Shown here: positions 1 through 10,900 of the stretch, in pieces
How positions within the stretch are numbered: position 1 is the first letter of the stretch
Layout: each line of letters begins with the position of its first letter
Assembly (NCBI GenBank): GCA_950097015.1
Contig: CATNEN010000025.1
Coordinates: forward strand, 7,130,001-7,194,000
Length of the DNA: 64,000 nt
From: Macrostomum hystrix
Taxonomy: Eukaryota > Animalia > Platyhelminthes
Direction of reading: 5' to 3'
The notes under the pieces: generated by a model
Databases searched by the model: none
What the model was told of the DNA's origin: nothing
Seen by the model: only the letters and a program-made list of their open reading frames with translations
Translations under genes and position numbers: made by a program

Positions 1-442
1 CAACTGAGTCACATGTATATACTATTCAGGCAGTATCAATTTTTAGATTTCTACTCAGCCTTAGAAATTATACAATTGCACTAGAAGCAAAGAAGTTACT
101 GTAAATGTTTTTACTGACAGCACGAGGTACATTCTGAAAGCTAATTTATATTTTTGTTACTCGCAGAAAGAAAACAGCTAATAATTAGACTAAGTTAAAA
201 TCGTTAAAAAAAAATTAACGCTTATTTGTCTAAGCATGCAAAATTATGCGCTGGAAAAATACACTGCAAACACTACAACATTTTTGTTGCAAAAACGATT
301 GAAAAACCCGGCGTATAGTTAGAAGACCCACAGTTTTCTTATTTTGCAGTATCTCCTATATAAATCAACCACTCGTCATAAAAATCCAGAAAACGGGCTT
401 AAGTTTTACAAACTTTTACAAAGATCTGTGACTCAGGAAGCT

Positions 443-608
443 ATCGTGAAGTAGGCAGTGGGTAGCATCGTGAAGTAGGCAGTGGGTAGCATCGTGAAGT
501 AGGCAGTGGGTAGCATCGTGAAGTAGGCAGTGGGTAGCATCGTGAAGTAGGCAGTGGGTAGCATCGTGAAGTAGGCAGTGGGTAGCATCGTGAACTAGGC
601 AGTGGGTA
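443..608. repeat. 24-bp tandem repeat (ATCGTGAAGTAGGCAGTGGGTAGC)n, ~7 copies
   Basis: Directly visible periodicity. Confidence 0.95.
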
Positions 609-1124
609 TTTGAAATTTCAATTTCTTCCCCGTGGTCTTTCCCATTGGCCAGGGACTAATTTATAATAGTTGCTAGGCAGTAAGGACTATGATTATCTTG
701 GCTAGTTTTTGACTAGGATGGCAGGCTATGGATTAGGCTAGGTTGACCCCGATCTGACATCACGAATAAGCATGCTCATTAGTTCACAGACAGTCATTCA
801 GACTGCTTTCCTGGAAAAGGAAGCGGATAGTATGTTATGCCTTATCCCCATCCTTTGTGCGATTCGGGTAGGGGGTGGGTAAGCTACATTGCGATGCTGT
901 TTGAGCGGGCCAATTGCCAGTACCTAGCAGTTGATTAATGTGCTCCTTCATGACCTCCGAGGGTCTAGGACCTGCAATTGACAAGAAAAGAGAGCAGATA
1001 TAAGGGCAAATGAGAATAGAAACTAACCGACTTCATCGTTTTCCTTCTCTGACCCTTTTAACCTGAGTCAATTTTGACCTATTATTGGCTTGCATCGCTT
1101 CTGACCTTCACCATTTGAGTTTCG

Positions 1125-1480
1125 AATAGGATGCCACTTTGAAGAATGTCACTTTTGAAGGATGCCACTTTTGACGGATGCCACTTTTGAAGGATGCCAC
1201 TTTTGACGGATGCCACTTTTGAAGGATGTCACTTTTGACGGAAGCCAATTTTGAATGGTGCCACTTTTGAAGGATGCCACTTTTGAAGGATGCCACTTTT
1301 GACGGATCCCACTTTTGAACTTTTGAAGGATGCCACTTTTGACGGATCCCACTTTTGAACTTTTGAAGGATGCCACTTTTGAAGGATGCCCCTTTCGAAA
1401 TATGCCTCTTTTGATGAATGCCATTTTCAACAATGACATTTTTGAAGGAAGCCACTTTTGACGGATGCCACTTTTGAAAG
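1125..1480. repeat. Degenerate ~18-bp minisatellite (GAAGGATGCCACTTTT core)
   Basis: Directly visible; it explains the repetitive ORFs 1108-1455 and 1149-1508. Confidence 0.9.
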
Positions 1481-1614
1481 GGATGTCATTTTCACCTATT
1501 TCTCTCATCTGATCTGTATCAAAGCATAATTTTCTGCAAATGACAACCGTAAGACATTGGCACAGACTACCCCAGATGCAGTTGAGCAGGAGTTTAAGCT
1601 CCGAAGCTACTCAC

Positions 1615-1669
1615 GTCTCTGCGCGGCAGCCAACGAGATTCGCTTTTTGTCAGGCAGCTTCGAACCGCT
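1615..1669 (-). CDS. Probable next PDE8 exon (SGSKLPDKKRISLAAAQR)
   Basis: It has a ttccag acceptor and gtgagt donor, and its phase 0 start matches the preceding exon. There is no strong motif support. Confidence 0.4.
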
Positions 1670-1934
1670 CTGGAAATTATTGAATAGGCAACTCGCCAAT
1701 TACTTCATCGAACACTTCAATCGCATCTGGTTTGTATATTAATGAGCTAGCATTCATCTATAACGAATTGTTATTCTCACTGCTCGACTAATTTATGCAC
1801 AGGTGAAGACGCATTTTCAAAACATTTTCAAAGGTCATGTTTTCTGATAAGATCATGCGCATGTTACTACTCACTTAAGTAGACTAAAACGAATCTAAAA
1901 AACAGAAAGAGCCAAAAACAATGCAGAGCCTCAC

Positions 1935-4900
1935 CGCCATCAAGCCGCCGACATAGTCGGAGGTCATCTGGTAGTCCTGCGAGTTTGCAATCTCGCCAGA
2001 GTAGAGGTCAGCGGACTGATGCAGAATCTCCAGCACCTTGTCTAGGGCGGCGGATACCGCTGGTGAGCTGCTCTCTTGCACCATGCCGATCAGGTTAATC
2101 ACCTGAAGTTGAGCCAATGGAAAATATTTTAGCTTTTGTAGCTGAGCAGTAACAATAGAAGGATCACAGGTGCTATTTCAAATACCCTTTTTTCTGCTTC
2201 TCCCAAAATATCCAACTAGTCACCATGAAACGGACTAACATTTTCCGCTCTATCCGATGAACCAACTTCCAGAATCACAAGACATCGGCATCGTCCAGAT
2301 ATTCAACCATTCTCGTCGGGGTGTCTTGTGCCAAAAAAACTGAAATTTAAGCATAATTTTTCTGCTCACAAATTTTCATCATGTAACCATGTATAGAACA
2401 TTTTTCGTTGTTCTTGTCACCAGGGTCTTCGATAAGAATTGCTGAATATCTCGACGACGCTGACGTCGGACGGCTTCGAAAGTTTGTTCATCGTAAAGGG
2501 CAGAAATTTTTATTCACAATGGTGGAATTTTACGAAAATCGGTCACTCGGTTTGGGAGCTATCGTAAAGTAGGAAGTGGGTATTTGCAATACCCTCACCC
2601 ATGAGGGTAACCAATGGTAACCATCTAACCATGCAGAACAATCCACCAATCGGAACCGCCTTTCATTCATACATCCAACCAATCAGAACAAGCCACCAAT
2701 CGGAACCGCTAGCCCACCAATGAGAATAGCCTGCCAATCAGATCACATAATCATCGCGCCAATCAGCACAGCGCATCACTAAGAAAACTATCGATTTTCC
2801 AGCGATCTAAAAACCTTGTTAATCGGCGCATCGATTGCCGCGGTGCTACCGACGCGGGCAACTGCAGAACCGCGTCGACTGGCCGCCTGCCGGCTTGGCG
2901 TAGTCAGGGCGCTGCTGGAGTTTCGGCCAGTCATGGCGGCTGTCGCCACTGTTGCACCGACAGTCTGCGCCGCTGGCGTCGCCGACGCAGGTGGCAAAAT
3001 CAACTGATTGTCCGCAATTAGCGAACTGTTAAGAGTTCGCCGAAGCCACACTAAACGGTGCACCGATCTGAGGTGCGAATTTCACAGAGAGAAAACTTAT
3101 GTTTACAAAAATACCTGTTGCTTACTATGAGTAGTAAGATGAATCAATTATTAAAAAGAAAAAAAGTTTTCGCTCGACTTTAATTTAGCCAGAGTAACTG
3201 ATACAAAAGAACTTATTAGGAATCTAAAGACCTAAATGGCAACCTATGGCCAAGCAATGAATTAGAACTCAGGATTTTTTAGCTCGAAATACAAAAGTTT
3301 TCTTTGAAACAGACACAGATTCGGCTTGTCTTTCCCCATCAATCTACGTCAATGCTTTTTGAAAATCAGGAAATCCCATGTCCCATGAAAAAAGGGGATA
3401 ATTAACAGTTCCAAAGTCTCACCCCTGCCAGTCCCGTACGGGATGAACTGCTCCATAGTGATCCAGACTGCTGCCCGACTTACGGCGCCCAGTCAGGATG
3501 CCGTCCCAGGCCTGCAAGAGGACATAAAGTAAGGGAAATTACCGGCTTTGCTTGTGTTTTAGAGGCCTAGGAGAAGAAGAGTCGCTCAGGGAGGTCTGGA
3601 GAAGAAGAGTCGCTCAGGGAGGTCTGGAGAAGAAGAGTCGCTCAGGGAGGTCTGGAGAAGAAGAGTCGCTCAGAGAGGTCTGGAGAAGAAGAGTCGCTCA
3701 GAGAGGTCTGGAGAAGAAGAGTCGCTCAGGGAGGTCTGGAGAAGAAGAGTCGCTCAGGGAGGTCTGGAGAAGAAGAGTCGCTCAGGGAGGTCTGGAGAAG
3801 AAGAGTCGCTCAGGGAGGTCTGGAGAAGAAGAGTCGCTCAGGGAGGTCTGGAGAAGAAGAGTCGCTCAGGGAGGTCTGGAGAAGAAGAGTCGCTCAGGGA
3901 GGTCTGGAGAAGAAGAGTCGCTCAGAGAGGTCTGGAGAAGAAGAGTCGCTCAGGGAGGTCTGGAGAAGAAGAGTCGCTCAGGGAGGTCTGGAGAAGAAGA
4001 GTCGCTCAGGGAGGTCTGGAGAAGAAGAGTCGCTCAGGGAGGTCTGGAGAAGAAGAGTCGCTCAGGGAGGTCTGGAGAAGAAGAGTCGCTCAGGGAGGTC
4101 TGGAGAAGAGTTGCTTTAAGAGGTCTGGAGAAGATTGGAGAGGTCTGGAGAAGAAGAGTCGCTCAGAGAGGTCTGGAGAAAAAGAGTCGCTCAGGGAGGT
4201 CTGGAGAAGAAGAGTCGCTCAGGGAGGTCTGGAGAAGAAGAGTCGCTCAGGGAGGTCTGGAGAAGAAGAGTCGCTCAGGGAGGTCTGGAGAAGAAGAGTC
4301 GCTCAGGGAGGTCTGGAGAAGAAGAGTCGCTCAGAGAGGTCTGGAGAAGAAGAGTCGCTCAGGGAGGTCTGGAGAAGAAGAGTCGCTCAGGGAGGTCTGG
4401 AGAAGAAGAGTCGCTCAGGGAGGTCTGGAGAAGAAGAGTCGCTCAGGGAGGTCTGGAGAAGAAGAGTCGCTCAGGGAGGTCTGGAGAAGAAGAGTCGCTC
4501 AGGGAGGTCTGGAGAAGAAGAGTCGCTCAGAGAGGTCTGGAGAAGAAGAGTCGCTCAGGGAGGTCTGGAGAAGAAGAGTCGCTCAGGGAGGTCTGGAGAA
4601 GAAGAGTCGCTCAGGGAGGTCTGGAGAAGAAGAGTCGCTCAGGGAGGTCTGGAGAAGAGTTGCTTTAAGAGGTCTGGAGAAGATTGGAGAGGTCTGGAGA
4701 AGAAGAGTCGCTCAGAGAGGTCTGGAGAAAAAGAGTCGCTCAGGGAGGTCTGGAGAAGAAGAGTCGCTCAGGGAGGTCTGGAGAAGAAGAGTCGCTCAGG
4801 GAGGTCTGGAGAAGAAGAGTCGCTCAGGGAGGTCTGGAGAAGAAGAGTCGCTCAGAGAGGTCTGGAGAAGAAGAGTCGCTCAGGGAGGTCTGGAGAAGAA

Positions 4901-7900
4901 GAGTCGCTCAGGGAGGTCTGGAGAAGAAGAGTCGCTCAGAGAGGTCTGGAGAAGAAGAGTCGCTCAGGGAGGTCTGGAGAAGAAGAGTCGCTCAGGGAGG
5001 TCTGGAGAAGAAGAGTCGCTCAGGGAGGTCTGGAGAAGAAGAGTCGCTCAGGGAGGTCTGGAGAAGAAGAGTCGCTCAGGGAGGTCTGGAGAAGAAGAGT
5101 CGCTCAGAGAGGTCTGGAGAAGAAGAGTCGCTCAGGGAGGTCTGGAGAAGAAGAGTCGCTCAGGGAGGTCTGGAGAAGAAGAGTCGCTCATTGAGGTCTG
5201 GAGAAGAGTTGCTTTAAGAGGTCTGGAGAAGATTGGAGAGGTCTGGAGAAGAAGAGTCGCTCATTGAGGTCTGGAGAAGAAGAGTCGCTCAGGGAGGTCT
5301 GGAGAAGAAGAGTCGCTCAGGGAGGTCTGGAGAAGAAGAGTCGCTCATTGAGGTCTGGAGAAGAAGAGTCGCTCAGGGAGGTCTGGAGAAGAAGAGTCGC
5401 TCAGGGAGGTCTGGAGAAGAAGAGTCGCTCAGGGAGGTCTGGAGAAGAAGAGTCGCTCAGGGAGGTCTGGAGAAGAAGAGTCGCTCAGGGAGGTCTGGAG
5501 AAGAAGAGTCGCTCAGGGAGGTCTGGAGAAGAAGAGTCGCTCATTGAGGTCTGGAGAAGAAGAGTCGCTCAGAGAGGTCTGGAGAAGAAGAGTCGCTCAT
5601 TGAGGTCTGGAGAAGAAGAGTCGCTCAGAGAGGTCTGGAGAAGAAGAGTCGCTCGGGGAGGTCTGGAGAAGAAGAGTCGCTCAGGGAGGTCTGGAGAAGA
5701 AGAGTCGCTCATTGAGGTCTGGAGAAGAAGAGTCGCTCGGGGAGGTCTGGAGAAGAAGAGTCGCTCAGGGAGGTCTGGAGAAGAAGAGTCGCTCGGGGAG
5801 GTCTGGAGAAGAAGAGTCGCTCGGGGAGGTCTGGAGAAGAAGAGTCGCTCGGGGAGGTCTGGAGAAGAAGAGTCGCTCAGGGAGGTCTGGAGAAGAAGAG
5901 TCGCTCAGAGAGGTCTGGAGAAGAAGAGTCGCTCATTGAGGTCTGGAGAAGAAGAGTCGCTCAGGGAGGTCTGGAGAAGAAGAGTCGCTCGGGGAGGTCT
6001 GGAGAAGAAGAGTCGCTCAGAGAGGTCTGGAGAAGAGTCGCTCAGAGAGGTCTGGAGAAGAAGAGTCGCTCAGGGAGGTCTGGAGAAGAAGAGTCGCTCG
6101 GGGAGGTCTGGAGAAGAAGAGTCGCTCAGGGAGGTCTGGAGAAGAAGAGTCGCTCAGGGAGGTCTGGAGAAGAAGAGTCGCTCAGGGAGGTCTGGAGAAG
6201 AGTTGCTTTAAGAGGTCTGGAGAAGATTGGAGAGGTCTGGAGAAGAAGAGTCGCTCAGGGAGGTCTGGAGAAGAAGAGTCGCTCAGGGAGGTCTGGAGAA
6301 GAAGAGTCGCTCAGAGAGGTCTGGAGAAGAAGAGTCGCTCAGGGAGGTCTGGAGAAGAAGAGTCGCTCGGGGAGGTCTGGAGAAGAAGAGTCGCTCAGGG
6401 AGGTCTGGAGAAGAAGAGTCGCTCAGAGAGGTCTGGAGAAGAAGAGTCGCTCAGGGAGGTCTGGAGAAGAAGAGTCGCTCGGGGAGGTCTGGAGAAGAAG
6501 AGTCGCTCAGGGAGGTCTGGAGAAGAAGAGTCGCTCAGGGAGGTCTGGAGAAGAAGAGTCGCTCAGGGAGGTCTGGAGAAGAAGAGTCGCTCAGGGAGGT
6601 CTGGAGAAGAAGAGTCGCTCAGAGAGGTCTGGAGAAGAAGAGTCGCTCAGGGAGGTCTGGAGAAGAAGAGTCGCTCAGGGAGGTCTGGAGAAGAAGAGTC
6701 GCTCAGGGAGGTCTGGAGAAGAAGAGTCGCTCAGGGAGGTCTGGAGAAGAAGAGTCGCTCAGGGAGGTCTGGAGAAGAAGAGTCGCTCAGATATTTCATG
6801 AGAGAAAAATACTCTCTTGCTCAGAGAGGGCTGTAAGTGTTTGAGGGGCCTAGGAGGCAAGGAGGTCTCACCTTGCCTCGCTTGAGGCACATCATGAGAC
6901 TCCGGGCGTCTTCGTTGGCGGCTCTGTCGGCAGTGCGGTGATGAATGATCTCCATGGTGTTGCGGCCGGCCAACTCGCTCATTGCGTAGCCGAACATCCG
7001 CTCGTGAGCCGAGTTGACGTACTACGAAATTGGGGCAAGTTTTTACGACGGAATTTTATAACGAAGCACAAAACTTTTACTAGAATATCTGTCTGGTTCC
7101 CCGTGAGGTGCGATGAGTCGTCTTGTAGACAGAAAGTTTGTCAAATTCAGCCACAAAGCAACGCAAAGCGTAATTGAATTTGCAAGCAGCTGAGCAGAGA
7201 GACCTGGTCAAACATCCTCGCCATGTTTTCTAAATCCCCGGAGCTATTCGGCTCACGTCTCTCGACTCGTCTCTGAGTCGAAATTAGGAGGCGCCTGTGG
7301 CTTGACTGCACTAATTTGAATATGCAGCTTCAAATATCTGCTTTCTCCGGCTAGTTAATTGTGCGACCAAAATTGACAATGAACAGACATCTAGGTTGTA
7401 GCTTGTAGGCTATAGCTTTGGCGATAGTAGACCACAGTAAGAGAGCAGGAAATTCGGCCCATTCAGCTGACTACCATAGCAGGAATACACTCACGTAAGT
7501 GTGTACATCCTACCTGACTTTCTCATCCGGGAACTTTCACTGTGCCTTAGAGGTTGGTCATCAAGAGCGTAAATTGCACGACAACCCCCTAGCCTTCTCA
7601 GCGCGGCTTCGCCCCAAATAAATGTGGCCTCGCCGCGGATTCGAGCTCAGGGACCTCAGTGCAAGAGGCGGACGCGTTAGACCGCTCTGACCTAGACTAG
7701 ACCGCCTTTCTCACCTGAATGGCGAATTTCTCGTCGGTGATTTCCACAGCGTCGGAGCAGTTGCCCAATGCCGTCAGCACCACACCAAGGGAGCCAAGCC
7801 GCTGCTCATTCCTGAAGGCGTTGCGCTGCATCGACAGAAGCTCCTCGACGCAGCCTTCCACACTTGAGCACAGGTCCTCCTTGACTTTCTGCTCAATGTT

Positions 7901-10900
7901 GGGCAGTTAGGGAAGCTTTTTTACTCAGAGGGTTGTAGCCTAGTGGTTAGGGTGTCGGACTCACGACTTTAAGGTCGCGAGTTCGATTCCTGACTCCATT
8001 GGAACAATTTGCATCCTTTAGCAAGACGCTTAAATCTGCGTTGCTTCAATTCACCAGAATTACCAGCAAATGGGTACCAGCATCAGCTGGGATAATTGAA
8101 GGTGGGTGTGGCGTCCCCCCAGTCCATGGACTGAACAGCCGTACGCTGCCTTCAGATGCGCCGCGCAATAGCTGCGGCTGTGCTGTCGGCTGCACATCTG
8201 GCCCGATTGGGGCAGGTGTAATTATTATTATTGTTATTATTATTGTAATTAAATATTTTATAATTAATTCACTGACAGGAAAAGTGCAACTTTATCTAGA
8301 TCTACGAGTACATTACAGAGGCTTTCGAAGTTTTTGGCCGACCCTAGCAACGCAAGGAATTTATTGATTTCACGCTTTTTAGCCAAGAAAATTTTTCTCT
8401 ATTTTTTTTCTTGTGCCCAAGGCGGAGGGGGGTTGGTGGCCCTGACAGACTTTCCATCCAGCTGACGTGCCCTCCAGCTGCTCCGCCAGTGGAATTGCCT
8501 CCGGGCAGCGGACAGTCACCGCTATCTCGTCAATCTTGTCTCAGACTCAATCTCTAAGCGAAAATAGAATTTTTACTCGGCAGCCGGACTGTTCGGACTG
8601 CGCGCTCAGTGCCTTTCTCATTATGACTCCTGAGCGAAAAATTTCCGTCACTGACTCTTTGCTTGTTCACAGGCACATTGCTTCTTATAACTACCAGCTG
8701 TTTGTTTTTATTCAGCAATATACCCGCAATTTGAATTCCGTTTCCGTTTCCTCTCCTCTCCTCTCCTCTCCTCTCCTCTCCTCTACTCTACTCTCCTCTC
8801 CTCTCCTCTCCTCTCCTCTCCTCTCCTCTCCTCTCCTCTCCTCTCCTCTCCTCTACTCTCCTCTCCTCTCCTCTCCTCTCCTCTCCTCTCCTCTCCTCTA
8901 CTCTCCTCTCCTCTCCTCTCCTCTCCTCTCCTCTCCTCTCCTCTCCTCTCCTCTCCTCTCCTCTCCTCTCCTCTCCTCTCCTCTCCTCTCCTTTTTTCCT
9001 ATGTGTGTGAGTGTATGTGAGTGTGAGTGTGTGTGAGTGTGTGTGAGTGTGTGTGAGTGTGTGTGAGTGTGTGTGAGTGTGTGTGAGTGTGTGTGAGTGT
9101 GTGTGAATGTGTGTGTGAGTGTGTGTGAATGTGTGTGTGAGTGTGTGTGAGTGTGTGTGAGTGTGTGTGAATGTGTGTGTGAGTGTGTGTGAGTGTGTGT
9201 GAGTGTGTGTGTGAGTGTGTGTGAGTGTGTGTGTGAATGTGTGTGTGGGAGTGTGAGCGCTGTAACCAAAGGCATACACAGGTTTTATCACACTCGACCA
9301 AGCCCCGAGGATCATAGCTCACTGTGATCATGAGTGTATCTGGTCGGATCAGTATCTGACCCCCCCCTCTAATTAGGAAAGCAGTCCTTCGTGGGCGAAC
9401 GATCTCTAAGCAGGCTTGGGGAACGAAAATCAATAAGCAATCCCAAATCTTTACTCGGTGTACCTTTTGAGCAGTAATTGAGTTGAGTCCCTCAGCCACT
9501 CTCTCTAAATCCTATTTTGCAGTCTTGGGTGCTTTTTCGATACTTATTTTCGATTCCACTAATAGCTGCTAGCGATTAAGAGTGGGACGAAGTGGCACCT
9601 TCCTTTCAAATGAAAGCTAGATTTTCAACTGATTCAGCCTAGATAGGGTTGACTTCAAGTGCGAGAAGCTTTGTTAGGAAATAATCTAATTTGATAAATG
9701 GATTTTTATCATTTAATTTACAAGGTGGATAGGAAAGACGCTTCACGAAAACCGATTGCCAAATTTGTCACGTGTCTAGTTAAAGGAAGTACATTGTATT
9801 GACGGGACATGGGATAATGGGACATGGGATAATCGGACATGGGATAGTGGGACATGGGATAATGGGACATGGGATAATGGGACATGGGATAATGGGACAT
9901 GGGATAATGGGACATGGGATAATGGGACATGGGATAATGGGACATGGGATAATGGGACATGGGATAATGGGACATGGGATAATGGGACATGGGATAATGG
10001 GACATGGGATAATGGGACATGGGATAATGGGACATGGGATAATGGGACATGGGATAATGGGACATGGGATAATGGGACATGGGATAATGGGACATGGGAT
10101 AATGGGACATGGGATAATGGGACATGGGATAATGGGACATGGGATAATGGGACATGGGATAATGGGACATGGGATAATGGGACATGGGATAATGGGACAT
10201 GGGATAATGGGACATGGGATAATGGGACATGGGATAATGGGACATGGGATAATGGGACATGGGATAATGGGACATGAGATAACGGTTTGATATAAAAATT
10301 GGGCATGGGATAATTGTTATGATATGACATGGTCAATGACAAGCCTTAGTTATGAATGCAGTGATTGGTAAGGCAAATTAAAAAGTTAATTATGCTGCTC
10401 TTATGACGAAAAAAGCAAAACAAATATTAATCTTTTTAAGAAGCCTCTGCAAGTTGAGTGCGGTCCGAGTGCACATAGCTATGGCGATAACAATTAGCCT
10501 GAAATGGCCCAAAAACAGATTAGTCCTAGAAGCAGCTGCAGCATAATCTGCTTGAAGATTCAAACCAAATTCAAATACCTAACCTCACTATCTCCGATAA
10601 ACAAAAGTAGCTAAACTCCTTCACAATCTGTTCAGTCAGTTTGAGAGGCTTACTATGTCATAGCCTAGCTGCAGAAGATCGCTCAGCTGAGAACCACGAC
10701 TTGCCCTGCAAAGTGGAATTGTGGAGAAAATTTAAGTGTGGTAAATCATATAGACTTTCTCAAGCAAATGATATAACGAGACTGAAATTTTAAATATATT
10801 AGATTTTAAGACACAAGAAGGTTGGGATTTCGTGGCGAGCTAGGATCTTCCTGGTGGGTTGGGATTTCCCTGGTGGGTTGGGATTTCCATGGTGGGTTGG

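Noticed and set aside
924-971. Further PDE8 exon (RPRPSEVMKEHINQLL)
   Set aside because: Phase-compatible and weakly similar to the start of the catalytic region, but too short to support by eye.
3552-6844. Long repetitive ORFs (EEESLREVWRRR...)
   Set aside because: Products of the 28-bp intronic satellite, lying antisense within a PDE8 intron.
7926-8000. tRNA genes at SINE heads (also 11142 and 59132)
   Set aside because: A/B boxes are present but no clean cloverleaf forms, and each continues into a shared SINE body and tail.
8788-10342. His/Thr-rich, EERRG and SHYPM/GHGIM ORFs
   Set aside because: Translations of microsatellites and minisatellites.
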